A stretch of 64,000 nucleotides of DNA, from NCBI GenBank assembly GCA_002633005.1, contig NMRA01000584.1:64838-128837 (forward strand), read 5' to 3'. Below the pieces are notes generated by a model, which was not told the DNA's origin, searched no databases, and saw only the letters and a program-made list of their open reading frames with translations. Positions within the stretch are counted from its first letter, which is position 1. Each line of letters starts with the position of its first letter. This DNA is from Phoronis australis. Taxonomy: Eukaryota; Animalia; Phoronida. This document shows, in pieces, positions 35,170 to 62,810 of this stretch. The translations under genes and the position numbers were made by a program.

Positions 35170-35297
35170 TTGTGGTGGTCGTGATGGTAGTAGTAGTGGT
35201 GCTATTAGTACTAGTAGTAGTAATAGTATAGTAGTGGTGATGATGGTGGTGGTGGTAGTAGTGGTAGCAGCAGCAGTAGTAGTATTAGTAGTAGTAT

Positions 35298-35331
<34 letters not shown>

Positions 35332-35500
35332 GGTGGTGTTGGCGGTGGAGCTGGTTGTGGTGGTAGTAATGGTGGTAGTGAGTGGTGGTGGTGATGGTGA
35401 TGGTGATGGTGATGGTGGTGGTAGCAGTTGAAGTAATAGTGGTTGTGTGATGGTGGTGGTATTTGCAGTGTTGTGAATAGTAGTAGAAGCAGCATTAGAA
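35170..35500. repeat. (TAG)n/(TGG)n trinucleotide tract
   Basis: Direct reading. Confidence 0.9.
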
Positions 35501-36254
35501 TTACCAAAAGCGAATATTCCCAAGGCACGAGCAATCTTTATAGCCGTTAGAATTGATTTGCAAATATACATTATGAAAACCTTGAACATTTCGGATTTTG
35601 CCACTGACGTCTGTGTTTGTTTCGTTGAATCCCATATGATCTTACGGCGGAGTGAATAAACAATGTTTGACCGATCCCAGCCATACCACCTTCACACCTC
35701 TATGACGTTAAACGGGCTTTTAACAAATAATGCTGTATAACCCCAAGCATCCTACATCCTAGGTGACCACGGAATTTTGATAACACAGAGATCCACGTTA
35801 ATTCCATGTCAACACACATTCTGCGGATAGAGGTTTTGGATTGGTTAATTGCATTGTCATATGAAAGACAGGGAAGAAATAAATTTATTCGAATTGGCAC
35901 CCAGTCATAAAGATTTTTTGGTTTTTCCAAAACAACCGATCAAAGCGGCTTGAACAAAACAGTGACCCAAATTCGCTGAATTACACCAACAGGCTTCTTT
36001 TTCATATCAACCGCTATAAATTATCAGAGGTCTATTTCTGGAAAGCGATACAGTCCGGGTACAGTATGTAGAGGGCAGGATCAGTGAAACACCAACCATG
36101 TCGACAAACCACTGTTGTTGTTCTATGCTTGTTGGTATTACACCCACGCACACGCAAATTTTGTTTTACCAATTGTACATTGTTTGTCTTTGTGGAGTAG
36201 TGATCAGTACCGTAAAACAACAATACTAATAGCAGGTGTATCCATAACAATGAT

Positions 36255-36349
36255 ACATTATCATCGTCATCATCATCATCACCATCACCATCATCATCAG
36301 CATCATCATCACCATCCCCATCGCCATCACCATCATCATCATCATCATT

Positions 36350-36389
<40 letters not shown>

Positions 36390-36490
36390 ACATAGTCATC
36401 ATCATTATAATTATCATAATTATTATCATTATTATCATTATCGTTATTATTAATATTGTTGTTGTTATTGTTGTTGTTATTGTGTTGCAA
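36255..36490. repeat. (CAT)n/(ATT)n/(GTT)n tract
   Basis: Direct reading. Confidence 0.9.
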
Positions 36491-36919
36491 CAATAATCAT
36501 ACTGATAATAAACACAATGATAACAACAGTAGTAAAACTAATGACAATCCTTATGACGATGGTTATTGGTAACGTTCCTTGTAGAAGTGGTCATAATAAT
36601 TATAATTACAGTAAAAAGATTACTCATGTCATGATAATGAATATGACAACACATACGTTACATTCTACTCCAATTGTTGTACATGTTTATTAGTGATAAT
36701 GATCACGACACTGGTAATTCCAATCTTAATCATAATACCAACAACAACATTGGTGGTTACAACTAGCCTAGTGCGGCAGGAGCCTCTCGTGAGCAGGATT
36801 GTTTGAACACGACACAACATTGTCAGTTTACAGTTTTAATGAGCACTCCCTCAAACTTAGGAATGTTTGTTGGTCCTCAGCTGTCGTGGGTTCAATCAAT
36901 TTTATTATTCAGTGGAAAC

Positions 36920-36964
36920 GATATAATATTAATAATAATAATAATAATAATAGTAATAATAATG

Positions 36965-37014
<50 letters not shown>

Positions 37015-37015
37015 A

Positions 37016-37053
<38 letters not shown>

Positions 37054-37062
37054 CATGATAAC

Positions 37063-37100
<38 letters not shown>

Positions 37101-37130
37101 CAGCAATGATAATAATAATAACAAATCGTA
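36920..37130. repeat. (AAT)n/(GAT)n tract
   Basis: Direct reading. Confidence 0.9.
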
Positions 37131-38653
37131 ATCGATAACATTAGTGGCAACAATAACACTGCTTTTAGGAAAAGCCTTAGTTGTTACAACAGAACTAGAA
37201 ATCATGCCAAACTAACGTCGTACTGCTTGACAGAACATACCATCATAAGAACATCTATAAACATGATTCAGTCTTTTAACGGTTCTAAACAAACTGCTTT
37301 TGGGAACCACACAATTGTGCTAAACACCTTCTGTTATCACTTTTAGTTCGCTTTTTGCTTAGAACAACATGTACGGAAGAACAGTCTCAGCAAGCAGCGA
37401 TTGTCTGTTTATTTAGTGACTCTTTCCAGCCGTATGAGGCACAGAACATTTCTCCACTAACAGCTAGAGCTCCAACAGTTGCTGATAGTCAGAACCTCAG
37501 CGATAGTGGAACAGTGGGGCTTCCGCTTTAACAAACACAACAATCCATTTTACACAATGGGACATCTCGTCACTAAACGCATTAAAAAGATCTGTAGAAA
37601 ATGTACGTGGTGGGTTGAAATTCAGGGGTTCGTAAGGGATTTAATTTATTGTTCATTTTTTAATTTTCATATTTTGTATCTTGATCTAGAAACAGATGTG
37701 CGTGTCACATAGTGCATTAGTTTTTCCGTTTCAGCCGCCTAAACATAGAGGGTAAAATGTAAACTCTACATGGGTTACTGAAAAGCCACCTCTAATTAAA
37801 ACAAGGCTTGAAAATGCATTAATTTAGTTGTACGATGGCACGTTTATGTTTCAATAACTTAACTATATTTCCCGGCTTTCAAATTTCATTGCATTGGAGT
37901 AAGAAAGCGTTTTTTCCGGATATTAAGCATCTGAAATTTTACTGTTTTGGATTCAACACAAAAAACACGGCTTCAATTTTTTTCTTTTGTGTTTTGTTTT
38001 GACGCCATCTTGTTTTCTATGGAATTAGAAAAAAGGTCAACGTCTCCCCCTCCCCCCCAGTCAGCAGGTAGCAAGACCATCTCCGTCGTCTACGAGTCGG
38101 CTCGGGTAGAACTGTCAAACAAGTCGTGGAAATTGACGACAAGATTTTGTGAGCCACACTGCTCAAAAATAGTTCAGCCTTTGATACCCGTTATTACAAG
38201 ACATTTTCATGCTTTTTACGGTCTGATATTACCAGAGCTGGTTTCACGTGGTGATAACCTGGCCGGATCTAAGTAAGAAAATACTATTAAAGAGTTCGGA
38301 ATCTTTGTAGCTCTAGTATGACCATTTTGGATGGAGCGATGGTCCCAAAGCAGAATCTCACGCTCACAACGACATAAAGTACATTGGCTAGAGTGTTATG
38401 AATCAGCCAGCCTCTGTCACCGGTGTAACCTCTCTTCTTCACGCATGTCGTGATTATGGTCAATAGTTGATCTGACATCTAAAGCTTAATATGCTATATT
38501 GATTCTTATCTCAACTGGAACACTGATGTAACGTTGCGCAATATTTATTAACAATTCAATATTAAGCAAAAAGGACAAGTACGTTGTTTTAGCAGATCAC
38601 AGCAACACACAACTGGACAGTAAACCGAGCCGACAGTGTAGGAAGTAGAAATT

Positions 38654-38763
38654 ATGATGATGGTAATGGTGATGGTGGTGATGGTGATGATGATGATGAT
38701 CATGGTGATGATGGTGATGGTGATGATGTTGATGATGACGACGATGATGATGAGGATGATGAT
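38654..38763. repeat. (GAT/GGT)n tract
   Basis: Direct reading. Confidence 0.85.
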
Positions 38764-39534
38764 AGTTTATTCACATATTTCTTAGTAACTATTTATAGTA
38801 AAAAGGCTTTGTTAAAATAATAAATCTTATCATTTGCTGTCTTATACATGTTGGTCCTCTGTGCATTTTTACACTTGGGTTTTGCCCATATGAGGACACG
38901 ATAATTAGTCGCAATAAGTCACATGCATGAGCTCACCAGTTCATGCATAGTAATAACAAACCATTACGTAACATTACATACATGGCTGACATCCCCTAAC
39001 AACAACGAAACACCTAGAGTCATCATTGACAACACTGAAGTGAGGGTGTTAAAATCTAAAATGAATCGAGGTGTCGCCACTTGCTGCACTCGCTGTACTC
39101 TCATAAAAGATGGCGCCAAACTATTTGTGTTTCAACTTCAGTCAACAATTGCAATAATTTCAAAGACACTGTAGTATTTGATTTTTGGTGTAAATTATTT
39201 CCAACTGAGCAAATACGTCGAGACAAGTGCTGGTTGGTTTAGATGGAATCTCCGGCTTATGAAGTTGTGAGGTGTTACAGTACTGTTCTGAGTTGAAATA
39301 TTTCAGTATCATTTTAATCCGAGTTTAGTTCTATCCTGTGTTTAGTATATGACATAAGGGATAATAGTCCGAGGGGTTGCTTGGGTGAAATTTGGTCAGA
39401 AGTTCTCATTCAAGAGGATACTATTTCTCAACACATTAATTTCATTTACATGAAGTATCATCTTTTTATAGTCTGAGACTCGTATGGCACTGTTCGGTTG
39501 TAATTAGACACGTAACCTGTCTATAAAGGTATTT

Positions 39535-39544
39535 ATCATCGCCG

Positions 39545-39595
<51 letters not shown>

Positions 39596-39655
39596 CTATC
39601 ATCACCACCACCATCATCATCATCATAATCATCATCTTCGTCGCCGCCATCATCG
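39535..39655. repeat. (CAT)n tract
   Basis: Direct reading. Confidence 0.9.
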
Positions 39656-39802
39656 TTGAGTTGACAGCCTAAACGTCAATTATTTGATGACACTGGCTGT
39701 GTGTGACGTCGATGTAGATAAATGCTGATCAAGGTATTAGACGTAGGAAAGGGAGTGCGTGCCGGGAATCGATGATCAAGAGAAGATATAGAAAAAATGA
39801 AT

Positions 39803-40350
39803 AAGGCGACAAGGTTATGATTGACAAATCCGTTGTCGCAACTGTACGTACTCCCAGTCATTAGGACTGGCAAACTACTTCGAAACGGACCCATCGTCGG
39901 CGGCGAATTTCATATCTACATTCATTCAAACGGAGACCAACCCCAACTCAACTGTCTAGCTGTGCTGTCTCAAGGTAAATTCAGTGCTCACGCGCGGAGA
40001 AGCCCTGCTAACTAATATTTATAAACAGTTGTTAAGTTTTAATGTTACAACAACAAAGACAATATTTTAGATTCTAACTTGAGCATTTGCTACGAAAGCT
40101 GAATGCAATTTACAATCGTTAAGTTTAAAATAAAACTATTAACAAAGAGTAACTGAATTACTTTATATTGCGCAAGCGTGTTTTTACAAAAGTTGCGTCG
40201 TGCAGTCGAAAGCTTTACACACGTCGTTTTTTTCGGCAAAAAAGATCATTTTTACGGTTCATGTGAAAAAACAAATAAGCCTCGGGATTTTGACGAAATT
40301 TCCAAGATGTTTTATCAGTGTCATAAACCTGAGACGAGTGTAGGATTCCA
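39803..40350 (+). mobile_element. Dispersed repeat / non-autonomous DNA transposon fragment, copy 1
   Basis: aaggcgacaaggttatgattgacaaatc ... tcataaacctgagac aligns over ~550 bp with the reverse complement of 45210-45752. Confidence 0.8.
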
Positions 40351-41867
40351 TATTTTTGGTTGTTTGGGTCGAATGTCTAGTTACTGTTGTGCTTTGCACG
40401 TAATTGTTTGTGTTTTTTCGATGAATTTATAATCTTATCTTCATACTCTTGGGAATAGTTGACAATGCCAGATTTGTAGAGGGACAAAGGGGCAATTAAC
40501 CCGGGCCACCCTCCGTCTGAAAGAGGGACCCCTGAATATGAAAGGCTAGTACATATTTAAAAAATAAAAAGAATGTCACTTAATTCCACTATGGTGTGAG
40601 CCTCCAAGAAATAACCTTCCTTAACATAAAAGAGTTTGAGATTTCACAAAAACAGGAAAATAGAAGGAATCAACTCCATAATTGGATCTTCTCTTATGAG
40701 CAGCCCCTTAAGAATGTATTAATGAAACCGATAAAAAGGATGACCACATGAATGCCATCAACGGGCAGCCTCCAAGAGTTGGGCCCTTAAATGTGAAAGG
40801 ATCAATAATTTCAAAAAACAGGAAATGAGCACTGATTGGTGCTATCTGTCAGGTTCTCGATTTTCATCAAGTGATGTACTTATTCGAGGAAAAACGAAAA
40901 AGGAGAGCGACAATGACTCCATTATCCCTTACCAGAGAGGAGCCCTTGGAGAAATATAGTTTTGCGTTTCCTAAAATTGTCTTCTAGAATTTAAAAATCT
41001 AGTGAATTAATAAACTCTGCAAAATTTTGCTTTATAAATTTTCGAAATACCTATATACGCACGCTTCAAGTACATTTAGATGATCTATGCTTCCAAAAAT
41101 GAGCCCTCTTACAACAATGTCCAAGCCTGGGCAATCAAAGGGTAAATCAAGCACTGGTAGTTGACACAAGTCCCCTTTAATTTTCTTTCTGATCGACGTC
41201 TTCCTTTTCTCGACTGCCCCCTGCTCCACGCCAATACCGGTTGCCATGGTTTAACCCTGACGCCTATAAATTATTGAGGGCCTTAAGGAAAACGAGTTTT
41301 AACTAATTGCAACGACTGGGGCCTCTTTTTCTCACATACACTCCCGAGATTAGCCCTTGTTTTTTCACACCGACTTTTGATTAACTAGACACACAGTCCG
41401 CGTCCAACCATCTCCATGGCGCCCAGCAACGAATCAGCCGATCAGATTGCCGACCCGATTTCAGTTAATTTTGACTGGAAGCCTTTGCTAAAATTCGGCG
41501 ATTGATAATAAACTAAAAAAGCAGCAGGTTTTGATGTGATGTAGGTCTGGTCAATCCTAACAGCTTCGAGTAGCGTACAAACTAGTGTCATGCGTTCATT
41601 GCTGTAGTGGGGCGTAGGCGCATGTAGACACAGCCAACCACCTTTTGGCATTTGAACGTAGCGCCTACGCACCGTAAGTTACGTTCAGTGCTCAAAGTGA
41701 TACGGTGGGCTTTGGGCGCCTACTTACCTCTAATTTTACCACTACAGCACTGCATGCGTTAAAAATCAGTAATTTGGCATGTTCCAACTTTTACCTGCTC
41801 TGTGGCATGTACTTTTGATTCTGGGAGACAACGAAAGACAGCCGAGAACTTCAAGACAATGAGGAAT

Positions 41868-41873
41868 TTTATT
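41868..41873 (-). terminator. Candidate poly(A) signal of the guanylyl cyclase gene
   Basis: Minus-strand AATAAA about 620 nt after the TGA at 42491. Confidence 0.4.
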
Positions 41874-42490
41874 TATCCCTACAAAACATGTTTATCATAT
41901 AATAATAACTTAATTTTAACAATAAACACAAAATGCAAGACAATGTCCAACCACAATGATGCCTTCAATAAGTAATGACCACAGTTTGAGTTTTTACTTC
42001 AACTTTTTGTTACTCCTAGGCACACAATGATCAATGAATCTTAGGTGAGAAAACAAGTCAATGAACAGAGGGTAAACTAGCGTTATATAGACTGGTAGTT
42101 TTAGTCGGGATACAAACATGTAATGCGGAAAACTATTAAATAAATAACTGAAGTTTCGTAACAATGACATTTGGACCAGTACAATACTGTTGATATAAAA
42201 TAAATCGGCATAATCAGACATTGACTTTTGATTGTCTTATGGCATACTTAATAACTGACAGCACCAATTCACAATGCAATCCTCATGTAGTGATAATAAC
42301 AATATCAGTATATAAGACGAGACACGTCTAACTGAAGGAGGCGCCTCCTAACGTCTGCATGAGGAGTACAGAACCAGGCACCGTATACAGGAACACATAG
42401 AATCACGGAATGCATCATTCTGAGAATGTCAGATCTGCTCTCAATGACCGGTCTTTCTTTGAACACCACTGAGTCCTTTCTGAAAGCACT

Positions 42491-55998
<13,508 letters not shown>

Positions 55999-56559
55999 CT
56001 AAGGAGTAAAAATACTCAATTAACTTAAACCGAAGCCAAGCCAAACGTAGTATTCTGACGCGTAAAATGTCATGAACAATTGTCATGCTTTATCTCTATT
56101 ATGCTCGCTTCCACCAGATGTCACGCTTACGTTACAAATACACAATGCCATTTTAGTCCAGTAACCACGTGAATCCACACGTTTGCGTCAGCTCAATCAC
56201 TCTTCAGTAATGCCAATATATTGTTCATCAGTTTTTACAAGTCTGATGGCTAATGGTTAACAAGAGACTGAGGTATAATCATTTTGACAAATGCTTTAAC
56301 ATTATTGTAATTAGTAAAAGTACATATTGCAAGTACGTCAGAAATGGGGCAACAAATGGCTTGAAATATTGCCTTTAACCAAGCCCATGCCTTTTACTCA
56401 CATATGCAATGACTGTACGACCATGTCCAGATTGGCAAAGTAATTAGAGAAGCATGGGGCTTGTCAAGATGGAAAATGATTCTTGGATTTAAGGAAACGA
56501 ACAGATTGAATGATAAGATAATAGCGGATTTAATTACTCAAGTCGTGTTAACACACGGA

Positions 56560-57400
56560 TTGTCGTGGGCCGTTCGAGGGAAAGTATTATCGAGGGCCGT
56601 TCGGGGGAATGTGTCACTCCTAATTCAGACTCAGACATCGCTAGTGTTTACGACCGAAATCATTCGCCCATGATTACAAGCGTTATTACGACCGAGACTT
56701 CGCTCGCATTTTACGACCGAAATCGTTCTCTCGTAATAGTTATATCCAATGAGAATTTGATTTGCAGGTCACGTGAGTTCTAAAGAAGTTGTACGCTCTT
56801 AATATTACGCTCGTCGTTTTCGCTTGTAACTGTACGTTCGTAATTTTACGCTCATAATTTTTCTGAAGGTAAAATCTCAGGAGAAAAATATTGAAAATAC
56901 TGAATATTAACTGATGTTTTTAACTTGCTCCCCTAGTCATCGCAGGCATTAGAAAGTGGTCCGTTTTAGTGCATATCGAGGTGGCAAAATGTTTTCATTT
57001 TATTTTATTCTATTTGTTGTAATGTAATAGATTTTCTGAATGTTGGTGGTAAATCACTCATTCTTTATACAATACATTTGAATAACAAACCATGTGCACC
57101 ACAAACCAATATCAGCTGAGTATGAATGGTTGTCACGTGGAGTGCTGGAATGGCTTAATTTTAACGTGTGTATATCTTATAATTACGAGCGAAAAATACG
57201 AGCGTAAAATTACGAGCGTCCAGCTTCTGTAGAACTCACGTGACATACAAATCAATTTCTCATAACGATATGAGCTCATGTGACCAACAAATCAATTTCT
57301 CATTGGATATAACGATTACGGTCGTAAAACACGAGCGCAGTCTCGATCGTAATTACGAGTGTAATTACAGGCGACATTTTCCCCCGAACGACCCACGATT
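56560..57400. mobile_element. Fold-back type element with long (~250-300 bp) internally repetitive TIRs
   Basis: Left tcgtgggccgttcg..., tatatccaatgagaa..., cacgtgagttcta..., ttacgctcgt are mirrored by right acgagcgtaa..., tagaactcacgtg, ttctcattggatata and cgaacgacccacga. Confidence 0.85.
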
Positions 57401-57772
57401 ACGAATTACCCTGGGCAAACTTTCCCTAGATAAGCCGAACGTCTACACTACACAACCTACACCATGCGACATATATTGCGCAAAAACGATACGACTCCCC
57501 TACGTGCGTAACTGAGCAAGAACACAACTCGTAATTACTTCCGCAGGTTTGCATCTTCACTACGACTTGCACTGAAAAAGTTACCTTTCTTCAATGGAGT
57601 GGGGTAAATTATCACACGTGTGTCAAGTTGCCCCAGCCCAAATTTCGCCCACACTACTACTAAACATAGCGACAGGAGTAACTTGTTCTGGGGGTAACTA
57701 GAGGCGTTGACGGCACTTCAGTGTAAAAGTACCACCTGCACCCAGTTGTAATCAAAGCTGGTAAATTGTGTC

Positions 57773-58207
57773 CGGTTGCATGAAACAAACTCAAACAGGG
57801 ACTCCATCACTCCACTAAGTTCCTTAGATCTCTTGCGTATTTGTGGGCTTGTAAAAACACCGATTGTGCTTTCTCATGGTGTTTCAGTTTCATTAATAAG
57901 TAACTTTTTGAATGTGATACAAACTGAGGGTGAACTTCACGTTGAATTCTCAATATTATCGAAAATCAATAAGGATCTTTTTATGCAGCACCCCCAGTTT
58001 AAGGACTAAGTCCCTATTGATTTTCAATGAATTCGGGACTCAGTTTTCAGATATATTATTAGGAAATGGCAGGAAGTTAAAGAGAAGCTCGTAATAAAGA
58101 TGAAATGACAGAAAAAGATTACATCCGTGAGTAAAAAGACACCAATACTCAAAATATTTAGGGTACTTTGTCGAGTCCCTATTTGGGACTGTTTCATGCA
58201 ATTGACC
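57773..58207. mobile_element. MITE with ~35 bp TIRs
   Basis: ttgcatgaaacaaactcaaacagggactc versus reverse complement of gagtccctatttgggactgtttcatgcaa. Confidence 0.75.
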
Positions 58208-61200
58208 TCTGCTTCCCTGGCATGTTTCAGTTATATATTTCCTCATTTTTACAAATTTAGAATGCTGAATGAGTGTCCTTCATCGGAAGACAGCACGAAA
58301 ATGAGAATACCTTTCGCAACTAACAATCCTGACAGAATTTGGGTTTTTTCCTATCAATTTTAAATTAAAACCACAATCAAGACATCATCCAATGTTGTTG
58401 AACACAATCAAAATTCTCCTTAAAATTTGTTTACTTTGGAAATAATGATGTAATGTTATTAAGAGAATATCATTTGGTTTACCTTAACGGTTTTAGGGCA
58501 GAAAAAAACGCATTTTTAGAATTATTGTTAGATGGGGAAATTTACTGGAGTTTGATCAGAGCTATATTATAAAACAACATAATCCGTTGCGGTTGGGTGA
58601 TATTATTACAAATCGTTACTTCACGCCGTTGTCTGACATTTGCTGAAATCAAGGCCGGTGACTTAACCACATAAATACGCAAGCCATTTCGCGATTTAGC
58701 TCTGACAAGATCTAGCCTGCGGCTGCGATCGCGAGTGTACCAGGTTCGACTCAACGCTGGGACTGATTTCAGAATATCTCTCTGCTCGCTGTTGTGTCTC
58801 TTTCAAAAGACTTGTGAGGTGCCTACTAAAAGTGATATGGAAGGTACCACAAACTACTGATTGCACGCTCCTTGATGTTACTTCGATGTCAAAAATGTTC
58901 AAAGTTATGTAAGACCCCAAATAGTCCGAGTTTGCTATCTTCGGAACATCACATCTCAAGAAATAATACTATGCTTTATGCACTGTTTTACAAAACGCTT
59001 TTACGAATTGTTTATAAAATGTTCCACTTTGCATGAGGAGGGTGAACAAAAATGTGGCTCAGTTATCATTTTAATGAAAAACAGCATAAAATGAAAACGA
59101 AATAATGTTTTAGAAAGCTGCAATAGCGCTTTTGAGATCTAGAATTGAACATTTACATCAAATTAAATTACTCATGTAATTGATGTCACAGTTTTTCTAA
59201 TGTGTCCTTTCTTGTTTAATTGCACTAAAAAGATATAATGACGTGACTCAAGTAATAGTAGATTGGTAAAATATCAAAAACCTTAATTTCACAGGCTATC
59301 TACTTTTAGCTTACAAAGTTAAAGTTCCTAGTTTTGGAGAAATTTGACTCAATACGCAGTCTTGTCAATAAGGCCCTACAAAAATTTATTATACTAAAAT
59401 TTAATAAATTTCGGATTGCACTAAAGCAATTATGTAACTCTGATTACAAAAATAACCAATTTGCCAAACGATCTTCTACTACGTCAATTGAAGTCAACAG
59501 TGAGACGTCGAGCGCAGCACTTCATTCATCGATTGTGGATCAGTCGAAATACATTCCTCTGGTCGATCACACAAATGTTGTTCGAACGTGCACAAAACAA
59601 GATGAGGTCATGTTTTGGGTCGCCTTTCAGTGACGAATCTTTCTCTACATGACATCATTCAAGTTTCCTTTTGTTGTTTCTCAAGGTACCTGCAGGTCAG
59701 AGCCCCCACACTTATTTCAGTGCTGCGTCGTCTATGTTTAGAGGTGTCAACACTGAGAATGTCTAGCTCTTGTTGTCTTCTCAGGTGTGGGATTCTTAAT
59801 AAGCGGCCAGGTCTGCTAGTATCATGAGACCGTTTCCTTCGACCTCGGTGAATGAACTTACCGGCTGTTCGCTACGAGACTTAGCCGTCTTAATAAAACC
59901 TCTAATACAAACAACCCACCTCTCGGAACTCGAATGTCACTGGGAATTCGAAAGATAGTCATCAGATTTTTATTATACTCTTTCGGGGACACATTTCCAG
60001 GCTGACTTTTACACGGCTATTGTAGTGTTTACGAGACGGCTGAGAGGCTGATCATTAAAGGATCAAATCACAAGAATTTTACGCTAATGATATTGAAACA
60101 GACATATGATATGTAAACCTACTTTTGCGGTTTCTTTGTGCCAATTGGCTATTCAAGAGAAGACATTTCAATCACTAAAGGTAGGGAACTTGAAGTTTTG
60201 TCATGATTTCAATTGATGCCTTAATAATGTATTATAATAGAAACAAGTACATGGCAAAAATAAAGAATATAGACTCTTGGACTATTGGTTTTTCCCACTA
60301 GACATTCTACGGAAATTGAGCTAGTGCGGGCCATTGGCAATGGTGTAATGCGTCTTAGCACATTTGAAGCATGGAAAGATTTTTACCTGAGTTCTTGTAA
60401 AAGTTATATTTTTGTGTCTTAAACTCACCGTTTGTCAACAAGCCAAGTGAATACCAGACACGTTCACAGAGCCGCCTTAACAATATCACAGGACCTCGGG
60501 CAATGGGTGTACTGGGACCGCTATACCATCAACACAACTACTAATCATAGCGATAAAACCGCATATGTGTATTTATCGTAGGCCTACCGGTTCGCAAACA
60601 ACATAAAAATCAACGCACATGTTGGACACCATGATGCATGTCTTTCAAAACACAAGTTCAGCAAAAAATAACACTCGAGCTTGGTGGGCACGCATGTGTA
60701 TGTGCCGCGGAAAGTGCAAAAATAGTTAAAAGAAAATGAAATCTGATTCGTAAAAAACAATCTACTAGCTAAGTGTGCGGAAAGAGCAAAATTGATTTTT
60801 TATTGACAATTTTTTGCATTTACGGGGCCCATACATGCGGAAATGGCGTCCGCGCTAATATTACCAAGGGTTCTTCCTACAAACTCAATACACTAACAAA
60901 GCACTTGCGTTGCGAAGTCTTCGCTAACGGGACCATAGCTAAACACTCCAATCTCACCGATCAATCATCTCAATGGCCCCCCATACTGCTAAGGTACGCT
61001 GGTATAAGCTCCCAACAAGGGAAACCCACGGTGAACTCAACTTCCGATGCTCCCGACAATACTCGCGAAACACTCGTTTTCACTCGCGAGATTTTACGTG
61101 GTTTCGCGTGATATTGTTTTTTCGCTAGTTTCTCGCATCTACGGAACGTACTTTAAGACGCTGCGTAACTATTTTGTAAGGCATTTAACACAAGCAAATT

Positions 61201-61218
61201 TTCTTTTTAGACAATTAT

Positions 61219-61246
61219 GTAAGTAAGTAAGTAAGTAAGTAAGTAA
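61219..61246. repeat. (TAAG)n tetranucleotide microsatellite
   Basis: Direct reading. Confidence 0.85.
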
Positions 61247-61329
61247 ACATTTACTTTAAATCGGAGTGGGTAGATACAACAAAGAAAACATTAGCACAGG
61301 TGCTCATTACCGATAAAAATACATGTACA

Positions 61330-62400
61330 GAGAATTACTTTCAGAGAGGTGTAGGATAATACATTCAGAAAGAGCATATGTATAATTATCGACTCAAAGT
61401 CAACAGAGTTCAGAATATCATTTCCATGCATAAGAGTGAGAGACAGTTTTAAACGCTCTTGCTCCATTGTGCTGTCAAGCTGTTTTCTCCACAAGCTTCA
61501 ACATTTGGCAAATACTGATTTAAAGTTGGCTGAAATTATTATCCTTACAGTCCAGTAGAGAATCACACGTGTCACTAAGGACTATTAAGTGGTCGAGATG
61601 GTCGCTTTCATGATGAAACGGGCCACCGCGATCAAGGTCTTTATGTTGACACGTATACCAGCAAAGTTTTCGACCTTCTTGTTCAGCACTTCAAAAAGAA
61701 AACCAAATTTCTGATCAATGAGTAGACTTGCGTGGGTTTAGTCTGTTACGGAATTTATGACAAAGTCCAGAACACGGAAATATTCGATTTGTACACACAA
61801 AACCCAGTAATTGTAATGTCAATTTAGTCCGGTTTCAAGAACGAAAACGTTCCACTTCAAAAGAAAGGTTATCATTGACACCAGAATGGTTTTCAATCAC
61901 TATGTTAACTGCCCACGAAAGTAGAGTTCTCTCAAAGTGTTCAAGCCAACCTAAGCAATCAGTTGTTGGAGATGACATCGTATAAAGTTAGCTCAAACTT
62001 TCAGAAGCGTTTCACACCGGAAAAAACGCAGGAAATGTGCTTGCGGAAAAAGAAGTTAATACACGCACAACTGGTACTGCCTTTGAACACACATTTTCAC
62101 ATGTGGAGAGCAGAGCGATATAGTTGTGCGAGATCTTGAGACTGCAAAGCTGGGCCCTGATCCTGTTGATTACTTTTTTCAGTGACTGCGCCACGAATTA
62201 CAGCAATTAAGATTTTCACAGTTACTGCGAGAATGGCATTGAACACAGATCATCACGGGACCGTGGTGGTCATAGGGCCTAGTGGGCCTTGTGATTAAGA
62301 CCGCCTTGCAAATATGAACCGATCCCGAGGACAATGTCGCGTATGCAAGTGAACAATATTGATAAATCAAGGTCTTAATAACGTAATGATGTCCTAGGTA
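61330..62400 (-). pseudogene. Decayed hAT-family transposase
   Basis: Fragment LDSTMEQERLKLSLTLMHGNDILNSVDFESII resembles the hAT C-terminal dimerisation motif (LRSTMxQERL..L.LMH). YFRVLDFVINSVTD (~61740-61790) resembles the hAT Y..VLD.II..I.DRF segment. Frames are broken. Confidence 0.65.
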
Positions 62401-62654
62401 TCGGACTATTTTTGATTCAGTACACGACCCCCATTTCCTCGCTTTTTCATTAGATTGGGATCTATGCGACCATGGTCGGTTTGGGGTTTGCGCTCCTCGT
62501 AAAATGGGTCAGTTCGTTCTAGCCGAACCGAACCATCGTAAAGAATTGTACTGATCCAGAAGAAAGTAATATCAGTGGTAATGTAATAACAGATTAGGTC
62601 TGAGGGAGAACTATGCTATCTGAGGCCGTGCTCAACATTGCCCATCGGCGGTCC

Positions 62655-62810
62655 AAACATGGGCGACGCAGCACTGAAAAAAAGTGGGGGCTATAGCCCC
62701 CTCCCCCAGCCCCCTTGGTGTGCACAACCATAGACCATGTGCGGCGCAGCACTGAAAAAGCAGGGCCTATAGCCCCCCTCCCAGCCCACTATGGTGCGTC
62801 CTCCTTGATA
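62655..62810 (+). repeat. Two tandem GC-rich mini-elements (hAT-terminus-like)
   Basis: cat.g.cg.cgcagcactgaaaaa...ctatagcccc ctcc..cagccc repeated twice. Confidence 0.6.

Noticed and set aside
32798-37159. ORFs with poly-N/I/M/H/D/T/V runs
   Set aside because: They are translations of trinucleotide microsatellites in several frames and strands, with no splice or domain support.
59334-59830. Possible second decayed transposase (ERAQNKMRSC fragment)
   Set aside because: Similarity is too short to support without a profile search.
60428-60540. Possible upstream exon of the guanylyl cyclase (donor ACG|GTGAGT at ~60428)
   Set aside because: I could not read a signal peptide or ANF-receptor-like sequence ending in phase 0 here.
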